A stretch of DNA of 64,000 nt, taken from Psammoneis japonica. Taxonomy: Eukaryota. The DNA lies in contig QPGO01000109.1 in the NCBI GenBank assembly GCA_008632985.1, positions 1 to 64,000 on the forward strand. The letters are read 5' to 3'. Shown here in pieces: positions 50,222-61,047 of this stretch. A program made the translations under genes and the position numbers. Numbering within the stretch: the stretch's first letter is position 1; every line of letters starts with the position of its first letter. The notes beneath the pieces were generated by a model. That model searched no databases. It saw nothing but the letters and a program-made list of their open reading frames with translations, and had not been told where the DNA came from.

Positions 50222-50416
50222 CGAAAGTAAACAACTTTCTGCATTAAGGGGCTGAATGGACTGGCACTGGTTGAGTACCACTGGAGAGCAAAGTGGCCAA
50301 TAGTTATAATGTTGGTGACGAAAGTGCACAACTTTCTGCATTAAGGGGCTGAATGGACTGGTACAGGTTGAGTACCACTGGAGAGCAAAGTGGCGCCAAC
50401 AGTTAAAATGTTGGTT
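50222..50416. repeat. Tandem duplication of ~97 bp in intergenic DNA
   Basis: 'acaactttctgcattaaggggctgaatggactgg...ggttgagtaccactggagagcaaagtggc' at 50231 and 50328. Confidence 0.9.
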
Positions 50417-50458
50417 ATGTGCTTATCAAACTTATTCTACGGGGCTGGCTGCTAACTA

Positions 50459-51372
50459 TTACAGCCAGGGGAGCACTCTCCAAGGGACTCATTCCTTGTA
50501 CTCATCAAAAGCCTCACCAAAGGTTTCCGCCAGAATCTGTTCCTCCTCGCCAATTCGAGCACGGTAGTAGTAGGCCGTCACCACCAGGAGGATTGCTAGC
50601 GGAATGTAGGATTGCAAGGTCAAGAGCGTCGAGCTAAAGAACAGCAAATAGGATGTGTAAATGGGATTACGAACAATCGCATACGGACCCGTCGAGATGA
50701 GTTCGTCCGGTTCCGTGACCCGATCGTAGGACTTGCCAAGCTCCCGGCCAGAAGCTCCGACCAAGACCGTGGCCAAGAGTCGAATCGCGAAAAAGAATTG
50801 TGGAGCCAACAGGGCCTGTCCCCTCAGGGCATGCTGGTAGGCTCCCACCCAGTGGGCGGCAATCAAGGACACAGCAAAGCCAAAGGCGCCGCAATGGCTC
50901 CAACGGTGGGTTTCTCCTCCTCGCGATCCGGTGTATCAAAGGCCCCATATTGGTATGCTCGGGGCAATAGCAGCACGGAAAAGAAGGCCAAGTATTCGTA
51001 TGGCAAGGAGCCCATAACCGCCGCTCCACCCAAGAGAGGGTTGCCCACGGCCAATCCGGAGGGAAGCAGTAACAGCAGATGGATACCCAGCATAATTTGA
51101 AGGGGCAACAAGATCTTATCTTGGAGAGACAGAGGTGCCCAGCGTTTGTTTACGGGACCAGGATCTGCGGGAGCGTTTGACATTTGCATCATCACATTGG
51201 ATTCTCTTATGGTGGTATGATGAGGCAGGCCCAGACGGCCAGGAACTCGTTCTTGGACAACTGAAGTCGAGAGGTGAAGATAAGGGCGCTGAAAGGCCAT
51301 GCTTGACTGGGAGCTAGCACTTAGCAATAGCACAGTAGCCAAGAGGAATTGAGAAGAATGTTGCAGGATCAT
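50459..51372 (-). pseudogene. ICMT/phospholipid methyltransferase-family membrane protein, probably plastid-targeted; frameshift plus premature stop
   Basis: 'LISTGPYAIVRNPIYTSY...EEEQILAETFGEAFDEYKE*VPWRVLPWL*'; frame change near 50885; signal peptide ending 'SSMA-F'. Confidence 0.75.
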
Positions 51373-51699
51373 TAGACTCGATGGCTGGCTAGCTAGATGG
51401 TTTGGGCTTGTAGAGAAGATGTTGTGGCTTTCGCAGTTGGTTGATTCATATATGATTTATTTGAAACAGTTGATCGCAATCTGGTGGAATGAATCCGACG
51501 ACAGATTCCTTTTCTGCGGGATTCACACACACCACATTATGTGATAACGCCACGCGTCACGCGCCGACCGGACGCAGCTGCATGGTGCGGCACGGTTGGG
51601 ACGCCGCACCGGCAGATGTCACGTAGAAACGAATTTTCTTGGATCGAAACGAGAGTTACCTCATTCGACAGAAAGTGCTTAGAGGTGCTTGGAACGGGG

Positions 51700-54600
51700 T
51701 GTGACTTTTTCATTGGCCTTGTGTTTGTCAAGACAGAGAACGACGAAGTGACCACCATTTTCCCACAGCAGTTTGTGGTGCAATCACGACTGAAAATTCA
51801 ACATTTTGGGTGTTGACTCATTCGCAGTTTTGGGGTGTCATTGCGGCTTTTGTGATGCCAGTTGTGAATGATGTCAAAAGCAGAAGCTCTCAAGTCTCTA
51901 ACAACGCATCTGCTGAGTCACCTGACTGTGCAGTTGGAGAGAACGTGAAATGGCATTTTTCTCGATTTTGCCACACTTCGCCGCGCAAAACCCAGGCAAG
52001 CACAAACAGCTCACATGCCGTTTTTGTGGTGAAATGAAGGCCACATTTTCAAGTGAAACCCACCTTTTTTTATTCTTTCCATTTGTCCATTCTGTGTTTG
52101 GAGCTCCCCGCCACCCTTGGCTCGAGCAGCGGCCCAATTCTCCTCCATTGCAAGGTCGCGCTCGCTCGTTGCCTCCTCTGTTCCCACGTTTGCATCCTTC
52201 TGCTTGTCAACATCCACATTTTCTAACTCCTCTTCTCTTTGCAAACCAGTGCCAGTCATTTTGTTGTTCTCCTCTCCCTTTGCTTCAACCACATCCACTC
52301 ATGCTGAAATGCTTCTTGTGGCGCCAGTTGGTCCCTTGGATCTGCCAAATCCTTGGGCACCTCCAAAACACTGGCAAAGGCACCTGGTGCAAATGTTGAT
52401 TGACCTTTGGTGGCTCCAGCAGCATTGCCAACAAAAGGAGGAACATGACTCAGCAGATGCAGACAATGGCTCCCTGCACAAACATGTCAGCCTTCTTTCC
52501 ACACTTCCTCATCAAGCAACTGTGTGATGGCATCACAACACTTTGGGTGCAAAGCACAGCTTCTTTCCACAAAAGGTCTTCACAGGTGGTCCTTGCCCTT
52601 TCTGGCCAATCTCCAAAGTCTGTTGGGAGCTTGATGCCACCAACTCTGTGTCAGAATTGAGGTCAATCGTCAGAATGTCTTCTGGCACCAGTTCGCTGCA
52701 AACAACCTGTCAGTCCTTGTCAAGACATCAAACAGAACTGAGCAATTGTCTCATGACTCAGCGGCTCTCAGCTTCAGAGTGCTTGCCTTTGGACATGATC
52801 CAATTAAAGTGGAGGACACCACTGTGCAAAATCTCCATGAATCAGGTCATTTGAGAGAGGGGCAAGAGCAGTCAGCGCTGCCATTGTTTCGCACATTGCC
52901 GATGAAAGACAGCAGGCACAACCAGACACATTCCGGCCTCACTCACTGAATGAAGAATGGCTGGGATTGCTGCTGCAAAACATGGCATGCAGCTTGACAA
53001 CAAAGGCACGATTCAATTCCTGTGACATGGTGGCTTTGACTTGGAGTGCAGTGAATCCTCAGCCATCAGGGTTTGTTGTTTGGTTGGAGCAACCTTGACT
53101 GCAAACTCTTGTCCCATGCAACTGTGGCACACTTGCCATGACAACAACCCAAATGATTGTGCATGAAGAAGAAGTTGTTGCCATCAATGAGCTCGCACAA
53201 CAAAAAGAAAGAAAAGGGCTCTTTGGTGTCTTTGCAGAAGCAACAGGTCTCCGTGACAAACAGAAAATCAACCATGCCTTTTGGTGTCACAGAGCCAAAC
53301 AGACAAGATTGGTTCCTGCCACAGCATTTGCACATGGGGACAAACATGACTGCAGTGAGGTGAGGCAATTGAGTGACAACACAGAGCACATTTGTTTCAA
53401 TGCCTGCACTGTCAGAAACCCACCTTTGTCAAAAATCTGGAACAAAATTGGGGTCGGTTGCACTTCTTGTCATTGTTGTTCTTTTCAATCTGAAGAGTTG
53501 TGTCCATCCATTCTCCATGTCACACCTGATTGCAAAAGTGTCTTGGCACTCTTGAGACAGCAACATCCTCTTGCAGATGATTTGTTTTGAAATCTTCTGG
53601 GATCTGCAGCAAGCATCCCTGCCATGGCTGCCAATGATGCCACTTTCCTGCATCTGCAGGCTGTCTGCAGCAACGATGATCCCGCAGAAGTGCGCACCAG
53701 AAAATGCAACTCCCAGTGTCAGACCTGCAATGTGCAAATGGGCAGCAGGAGCTCCATGTGGCTGAGACCGGCACGACTGGCCATTGCACGCAAGTGACTC
53801 ACTTTGTGTGAAAGGTCTGCACAGGATGTGCACAGTGCCAAGTGTGGCTGATTCTGTGAAAGGACTCAAACTTCACATGTCTTTCTGTTGCGCATGCGCA
53901 TGCTCTGAGCAAAACAATCTCACAACTTTTACACACAACAGAAAATCTCTGTCTCTGCTGTGTGAGCACTTGCGTGCAATTCCTGCATGGGTCAGAGCCC
54001 ATGATTGAAACAACAAATCTTAAAACAATTTTGTTGAGTGCTTTGCAGGTCTGACACAGGAAACCATGCAGTTTGTGTGCGCCCTTCCTGATGTTGTGAA
54101 AATGCCCCTTTTGCAATGCAGTGACCAGATTTCCAACTTGCACACATGCTGACAGGCCATCCTTTGACTTCATTTTGAGGTGTGTGGGTGTTTGCAGACA
54201 TTTCAAAATTGTTTGTTGAGATTGCAGTCAAAAGTTGCACTTCAGTGCACCCTGCCTGACTTGATGATGGTGGGCACAATGGCATCAAAAGTGCAACTTT
54301 TTGTGATGATCCTGAAAGCACAAGAGCAAAACAGCAGGTTGATTTGGTTGTCGCACAGTGGAGGCTGTGGCGGGAGTTGAGTCTTGTGAGTCATGATGGC
54401 ACTTTTTGTTGTCATGACGTTGCCAACCACCATGGTCCATTTGGGCAACGAGGTTGATTTTTCTAAGAAAAACAGCATGTGCATGATTTTCGCAGCATCC
54501 CCACCCACAGCAGCAATTGTGTTGATTCCAAAGGGGCTGCAAAGTCTGTCCTGCAGTCAGTGCACATGCTCGCACAAGGCCCAAGGGCCTTTTGTCACAA

Positions 54601-56250
54601 ATGCCAGCAGCTCTGTCTCCCCCATGAGAAGAATCCAACAGCTTGGATGGACAGATCATTCATTGGATGGCAAAGATTGTGCCCACGCAGGAAACGAGGG
54701 ACTTGTTCCAGACTTAGGTGGCGCGCACATGCCCCTTTTCGCAGAAAAAATAATTTTTTAATGCTTTATTCAACACCGTACATATTTAATAAAATTGAAT
54801 ATATTAATGGCTTTTAAGTAAAATAAACAGAATAAACTCGAACAAACAAACAGCCAAACCGGCCATGGCTTTCAGTGACCATGACGGCCCACTTTTTTCA
54901 GCCTTATGGAAAATTGAATGTCATGACCAGGATCTCCGTATTTGATATAGTCTGTGTCATCAACAACAATAGTGAAAATGCTTGTTGAAGGCTGCAGCGC
55001 GGCACAATAATGCTAAATCTGTCAGCAACAACAATTGAGCCTCTATTCACTCACAATTTGCCTCTAAGGACCATTTCTTTTCTATTACCATGTATATTTC
55101 CTCAATATATTCGACTGATTCAAGTGTATCAATCGTTTATGCCTTCTAAACCGTGAAAAATGGTCCGAAGTCGACGCCATTGCGTGGGCTGAGCTACACT
55201 ACTTCTTCTCACGTCGTCCTAAACTTATTAATCAACGGATGCTTTATTCGATCCGTTGAGTGTAACTCGTATTCGCGTATATAAACAAAATATTAATTAT
55301 GCTATGTTAAAGACTTAATTTATATATATTAATAATATTTTATATGTTTCTTCTTACATTAAGGCATATATAAATCGCTCATCGGAAAATTCGAGCTCTC
55401 AACTTACGGTACAATTTAGCGACTAATGACTGAGTCCATCAACAGTTTCGAATACATGGGTACACGCACAAGACAATTCTGTATGAACCCATAAAAACAC
55501 ATTTGTAAATTGTTATGTTTTTACTATCGAAAATGGTGCCGCAAGTGTGGACCGCGCGTTTCATGCGAAAAGGGTCATTTTTTCGCGCGTGAGTGCACCC
55601 AAGTCTGGAACAAGTCGAGGACAACTCAACCTGTTGAATGTTGGGGGGCAATTCGGTGTGAATCACTCTGGCAGGTTCGTTGCTCTTTTCCTTGTCCTTT
55701 GCCTTTTTTCTTTTCCCTTTCTTTCCTTTTTCTCTGGTGCTTTGTTGTTGAGTGCACTCTTGAGCTTTTTCTTGTCTGTCTCACTCACACTGCAGCTGGC
55801 TGCAGGAGAGACTGCTTCAGGGCAATGTGGTTGCACCACAAGTCTCCAGCTTTGTCAGGAGAGGAGGTTGCTGGCGCATTCCTTCATTGGCGACAAAGTG
55901 GCATCTGACCTTGCTGTTGCTTGAATTGTCCTCACCATTCGGAAGAATGATCGGCGCACATTTTTTCGGACTGAGCGCCCCCACTCCACTTCTGTTCTCA
56001 TCACTTGTTGCATTGAGGATGTGCCGAGAGCATCCTCTCTTGTGCCCAGAGAATCATTTGGCAACCCTGCACTGAGCATTTCTTCATCAGATGTGTCATG
56101 CTCATGTTGAAACACTGCAGGAAAGTCATCGACAACAACCCACCTGTTCCGAAACCGGCCACACCCCAGCACGGTCTGAAATGATGTTGCCACACAGCCT
56201 TCTGCATGTTTTCCAGCAGCTGTGCAGGCAACTTTGCACTCGGATCCCCG
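51700..56250 (-). mobile_element. Degenerate TpA-depleted transposon remnant, possibly MULE/SWIM-like
   Basis: Sharply TpA-depleted block between genes; minus-strand 'VAFSGAHFCGIIVAADSL', 'IRCDMENG', 'DCSCP' loosely recall MULE and SWIM motifs; ends not defined. Confidence 0.35.
54700..55616. mobile_element. 917-bp non-autonomous TIR element with GAC...GTC ends, TSD GAGG
   Basis: 'gacttgttccagacttaggtg' / 'cacccaagtctggaacaagtc'; subterminal inverted 'atgccccttttcgca' / 'tgcgaaaagggtcat'; GAGG at 54696-54699 and 55617-55620. Confidence 0.9.
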
Positions 56251-56585
56251 TGGGGGTGTAGAGGCTAAAACGGATGGCGCCTGTAGCTGGACGGTTGTTG
56301 TGTCATCAACAAATGCAACAACGTCGCGACGACACTTCGGCGCGAAAAAGATTCCACAGTTTTATCAGCGGATGCAATTCCTGCCTGCGCTGTTGTTGCG
56401 GAATTGAGAGGGAATCTTAGATTGATGAGAAAGCGCAACTTTTTCTATTTTTTATTCCAAATAAGATTCCTTTCTTCAAAAATGGACGATAATAGTGACG
56501 ACTTCACAAATAATGAGGTTGCTGCGGTTATTATTGTTGTAACAGCATCGAATCATCTCCATCAAGCAACCCCTTCGCAAACACT

Positions 56586-57905
56586 ATGCCCTTATTCTTT
56601 GAAAACATATCCAAGGTGGAGTACAAGGGCCCCGACTCTAAGGATCCGTTGTCGTTTCGCTATTACAATCCCAATGAAGTGATTCTCGGCAAGCCCATGA
56701 AGGATTGGCTGCGCTTTTCTGTTTGTTTCTGGCATACCATGGTGGGTGGAGGCGGAGCAGACCCCTTTGGAGCAAAGACTCTACAGCGTCCTTGGGAAGA
56801 TGGTATTTCGGATCCAATCGAACTAGCCAAACGTCGCATTGACGTAGCCTTTGAACTCTTTACCAAGCTCAACATTGAGTATTACACTTTTCACGACTTT
56901 GACGTGGCTCCGGAAGGAAACACAATTGAAGAATCTCATGCCAATCTGGATCAGATTGTGGAGTATCTTGCGCAAAAGCAAGAAGAGACCGGCGTCAAGC
57001 TCTTGTGGGCGACTCAGAATCTCTTTACAAATCCACGTTATATGAATGGAGGCATGACGAATCCTGAAGTTGACGTCTTTTGCCATGCGGCTGCCCAAAT
57101 CAAAAAAGTCATGGACATTAACCATAAACTGGGTGGTCTTAATCATGTCTTTTGGGGTGGTCGTGAGGGATATCAGTCTCTATTGAACACCGACATCCGT
57201 AAAGAGTGCGACCACATGGCAAGCATGTATATAATGGCAATCAAGTACAAGCAAGAGCAAAACATGACGGCTCAGTTTCTAATTGAACCCAAGCCCCGCG
57301 AACCCACCAAGCATCAGTACGATTATGATGCTCAGACTACCATGGCCTTTCTCCATCAGTACGGCTTGCAAGACCATTTCAAGCTCAACATTGAACCCAA
57401 CCACACGACCCTGGCAGGACACGATGTGGAGCACGACATTATCGTAGCTTCCAAATTCAACATGTTGGGAAGCATCGATTCCAATACGGGCGATACACTC
57501 TTGGGATGGGATACGGATCAGTTTCCCATGGATGTGGCCAAGACGGCAAGCATCATGACGGCCGTGGTGCAGCAGGGTGGACTGGGCTTGGGCGGTCTCA
57601 ACTTTGACTGCAAAGTTCGTCGTGAGTCCGTAGATCCTACGGATTTGTTTTATGGGCACATTGGTGCCATGGACACGTATGCTCGTGGACTCCGCATTGC
57701 AGCTCAAATGCAAATGGATGGAACGTTGAACGACATGATCAAGGCCAGGTACCTGTCGTTTGAAACTACAGAGATTGGGAAGAAGATCGGGGCCGGAACG
57801 GCAACCTTGGAAGAATGCGAGGCTTATGCGAAACACGTAGGTGAACCCAAACCAGTTTCGGCCAGGCAGGAGCTCTACGAGATTATCCGAAACCAGTACT
57901 TGTGA
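56586..57905 (+). CDS. xylA: Xylose isomerase (class II)
   Basis: 439 aa; LRFSVCFWHT, FHDFD, WGGREGY, IEPKPREP, NIEPNH, GWDTDQF, GGLNFD. Confidence 0.97.
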   Translation: MPLFFENISKVEYKGPDSKDPLSFRYYNPNEVILGKPMKDWLRFSVCFWHTMVGGGGADPFGAKTLQRPWEDGISDPIELAKRRIDVAFELFTKLNIEYYTFHDFDVAPEGNTIEESHANLDQIVEYLAQKQEETGVKLLWATQNLFTNPRYMNGGMTNPEVDVFCHAAAQIKKVMDINHKLGGLNHVFWGGREGYQSLLNTDIRKECDHMASMYIMAIKYKQEQNMTAQFLIEPKPREPTKHQYDYDAQTTMAFLHQYGLQDHFKLNIEPNHTTLAGHDVEHDIIVASKFNMLGSIDSNTGDTLLGWDTDQFPMDVAKTASIMTAVVQQGGLGLGGLNFDCKVRRESVDPTDLFYGHIGAMDTYARGLRIAAQMQMDGTLNDMIKARYLSFETTEIGKKIGAGTATLEECEAYAKHVGEPKPVSARQELYEIIRNQYL

Positions 57906-58037
57906 GAACTGGTACCGGTATGGACGTGAAAGAATAATCCGCTATAGCTAGACACTAATAGTGCAGTATTAATAGGTTAGCAATTCCCCACATGGTGCGG
58001 TACGACAAATAGTGGAGTAGTCACTCTAAGTTATGAA

Positions 58038-59168
58038 TCAATAGGGAAACTCGGTCACCTCTGATACTAGCGCGTCTTTGGCTCGATCCCATTCTTCCCC
58101 CGTCTGGTGTTTTGTTTCTAAAAGTGGCCTCAGGATTTGCTCTGGCGATTCTCCATTCCCATTTGTCAGCCACGATGTGATGCCATTGACATGACCCGCG
58201 CCAACAATAGCAACAACTTTCAGTCTTTGAGGATGCCTATGTAGCAGGGACATTAACCGACTGGTCTGGAAGAGTTTGCACGCCATGTATGCGTCTCGTT
58301 CCTTGAGAATCACTCGAGCAAGAGTCGGAAAGTGCCGCTGCAGCTCCATCATGCTCTTGGTCAAAACATCTTCGTTTCCTTCCAGTACTTTTTGCATCCA
58401 TTCTCGTATTTTGTCCGGATCTGTCTTTTTAAGACAACTCCATGTCAGGCCGGCAAGTAACTGAGCCTTCTTGTACCATCTAAGGGATTCCCACGCTCTC
58501 GCCAGGGTGATTTGCAAAGGACGATCCCCCAAGACCAAGTGGGGTTTATGGTCATGATGTTTTTGAGCAAGACAATATCTATAAGCCGTACGAAACTCTC
58601 CACCCAACTCGACACCCAACGAGTCGGCATAGTCTTCTTGCACTTGAGTCAACATGGCATTCCCCATGGCTGATAACTTGGATTGATGTCTTTCTGGATT
58701 TTTCTGAATCATTTTTACTCGGTCCCAAAATTTCATAGTCTCATTCTTTTCACTCACAAGAAGCTCCTTTTCTGGTTCCATCATCATAGGGATACGTTGA
58801 TGACACAATTCGACAAAGACAACCTCGGGATGTATGTGTTCCAATAATATTCGAGCGTGCGCGTTGGAATCGTTGGAAACGTGGGACGTCCCCAAAAGAT
58901 ACAGCTCTACTGATTCAGAAATAATTATTCTTTGCAACGTAGCACATGTGTTGAGAGGTTCTGGTAAGGCTTTTTTCCACTCTGGAATGACGGTTGAATT
59001 GGCTATTATTGACAAATCATGGGTCGTCGCTTGATTTCGTGTGTCGGAGGGAGTTTTTGATTTTCGAAAAAACCAACCGCGCCTTTGACTCGATACGGTT
59101 GCGCAACGAACTAGCCCACTCCCAACCAAGAACAATACCGTCAAGAGCAAGCAACGGACGAGCCACAT
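58038..59168 (-). CDS. TraB/PrgY-family (TRABD-like) protein
   Basis: LYLLGTSHVS, VVFVELCHQR, GGEFRTA, LGDRPLQITLARAW, ERDAYMA, VAIVGAGHVNGI; first ATG at 59168; N-terminal signal. Confidence 0.9.
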   Translation of the reverse strand: MWLVRCLLLTVLFLVGSGLVRCATVSSQRRGWFFRKSKTPSDTRNQATTHDLSIIANSTVIPEWKKALPEPLNTCATLQRIIISESVELYLLGTSHVSNDSNAHARILLEHIHPEVVFVELCHQRIPMMMEPEKELLVSEKNETMKFWDRVKMIQKNPERHQSKLSAMGNAMLTQVQEDYADSLGVELGGEFRTAYRYCLAQKHHDHKPHLVLGDRPLQITLARAWESLRWYKKAQLLAGLTWSCLKKTDPDKIREWMQKVLEGNEDVLTKSMMELQRHFPTLARVILKERDAYMACKLFQTSRLMSLLHRHPQRLKVVAIVGAGHVNGITSWLTNGNGESPEQILRPLLETKHQTGEEWDRAKDALVSEVTEFPY

Positions 59169-59246
59169 GGTGGTTTTCAAGAGCGTGATCAGCGAGATGA
59201 ACCGTGGCGATCGTGGAGGACGCTTTTCTGTTTTTTTATTTTTTAA

Positions 59247-59640
59247 GGCGGGTCATCCCCCACTTTTTTTAGCTCGAATTTGGCCGAATAGCTCGTGATT
59301 TGCATGATTTTTCTTGAATTTCACCGTGCTTCACCGCGGTGAAAACATCAAGCCATAAGTCTGTGACGGAGGTGGGCCGTGCGTCAACTTTCATTTATTT
59401 TATGCTTGTTGTGTATCTAAGGTCACATATACATCAAATGTTTGCGCACGGACCACTACGTTTTGGATTTATGTCGATATTACCGTCATCGTCGTGCTTC
59501 GATCACGGTGCCTGATGTTCTCGTTTTCGTGCGCGATCGGGGGTGAATGTAAATAATTTTTGTATTCAAAAATAAACACTATAAATATCCTTATTCAAAT
59601 GCCACGATAATTTCTAGGATAAACGCGGGGATGACCCGCC
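59247..59640. mobile_element. Non-autonomous Kolobok-like element (394 bp), TTAA TSD
   Basis: Perfect 14-bp TIR GGCGGGTCATCCCC / GGGGATGACCCGCC, TTAA at 59243-59246 and 59641-59644; GG...CC ends fit Kolobok better than piggyBac. Confidence 0.85.
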
Positions 59641-61047
59641 TTAAAAAGTTCGCAGTTGCGTCGCAGCGGATCTCAAGTGCCACGTGGATTATGGCGTGGC
59701 GGGCAAGACCGTCCTGAGTCCGTCAGACGAAGTGACTTACCGTGCTCTCTACTCTAGCAGCAGCAGCTGCTCTAGCCACTCTCTAGGATTTTGGGGGGGT
59801 TAGTGACTCCAAGAGAGGGGGGGAGGGGAGAGGAGAAAGAAGGAGGAGGAGGAGAGAAAGGAAGGAGAGAGGAAGGGGTTGCGAGGGCAGCGAGCTTGAT
59901 CTAAAAGGCAGAAGTGGTTTGAAGAGCCATCGTCAATTCTTTCTCCCGTTTCACCACCCGATGTGTCAGATCTCCGGGTGCTCCCATGTTGAAGTAATTT
60001 GGTGTGGTGACACAGATCGAGACATTGTAGTGTTGAAGTATCTCTGGCATGAATTTTATGTAGAAATCTACGCAATTCAGGAGTTTCCCTCCGACACCAC
60101 ACAAAAAATCGACCATGAGAGCTGCAAGAGCCGGCAGTCGAAATTGTCGCTGTCACTTGTGACACTGTTGTGACAACAAAGCACGCATTAAAACTCTCTC
60201 TGATGAATGAACATACGAAAAGAGATGCATGAAAAACGTGAAAAATGGATGAGAAATGCTTGGCACTTTTTCCATTTTTTGAACTCGTCTCTCACCACTC
60301 TTGCGTTGCAATTTCTGTTCGTTCTTGACAGATTGAAGAGCCCTCCTTTAAGCATTGATCATTCATGGCGTCTCTCATGCTGATGCTTTGTATTGTTGCC
60401 TTTTTGGCTTCAGCCGAGTGTTCACCCTTCGTTGACGAGGCTTTAGAAGTTGTTGGAGTGGTGGCTTTTCAGGGTTCATTGGAATTGCTGAGTGCGGCGG
60501 CACCACAAGCGCTGTTGACCGGGATATGATGGAATGGATGTCACATGTTGGTTGTGGGTGTGGTTTGTTTTGGCTGGTGATCTACAATCTGCCACTTTTG
60601 GAAAAGTCCGTGTACAAGCGGCAGACGAGGTTGCCCTCGTCTTTAAATAACACGGGCTGCTGCCGAGGTTGCTGACTGCAGCAGCGCCTCGGTAATTTTT
60701 TTTCTGCAACAATGTTCATGTGGCCCCACCTCTGAACATTGAGACGGCCAACGAGAGCCAAGGGGTTGCCCCCCGGTGAGGCGTTGACTGGTGCTTCCAA
60801 GGACGGGAGTGCCTTCAACCGCCGCAGACCCGAATCTCCGTTGCGACAGGGTTCACCTGCCCTTGAAAGGTGGCATTTGAGTGTGGCATTGTGATGAAGT
60901 ATGTGGAGGACACAACAACCAACAGTTATAGAAGTGTGGCAGATAAGAAATAAAACAGTGAATTCGTAACTCATGGAAACTCAGCTCTGTTTCGAAAACA
61001 CTGCTGTGCGTCTCTAGGCTAGATCGCTTCTACGAGTAGCAGCCATC

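Noticed and set aside
54760..55530. Organellar insert, centromere core or origin
   Set aside because: Bounded by TIRs and a TSD, so best read as a transposon interior.
48931..59168. Bacterial contamination or operon
   Set aside because: Eukaryotic signal/ASAFAP-like presequences, mixed orientations, interleaved eukaryotic transposons.
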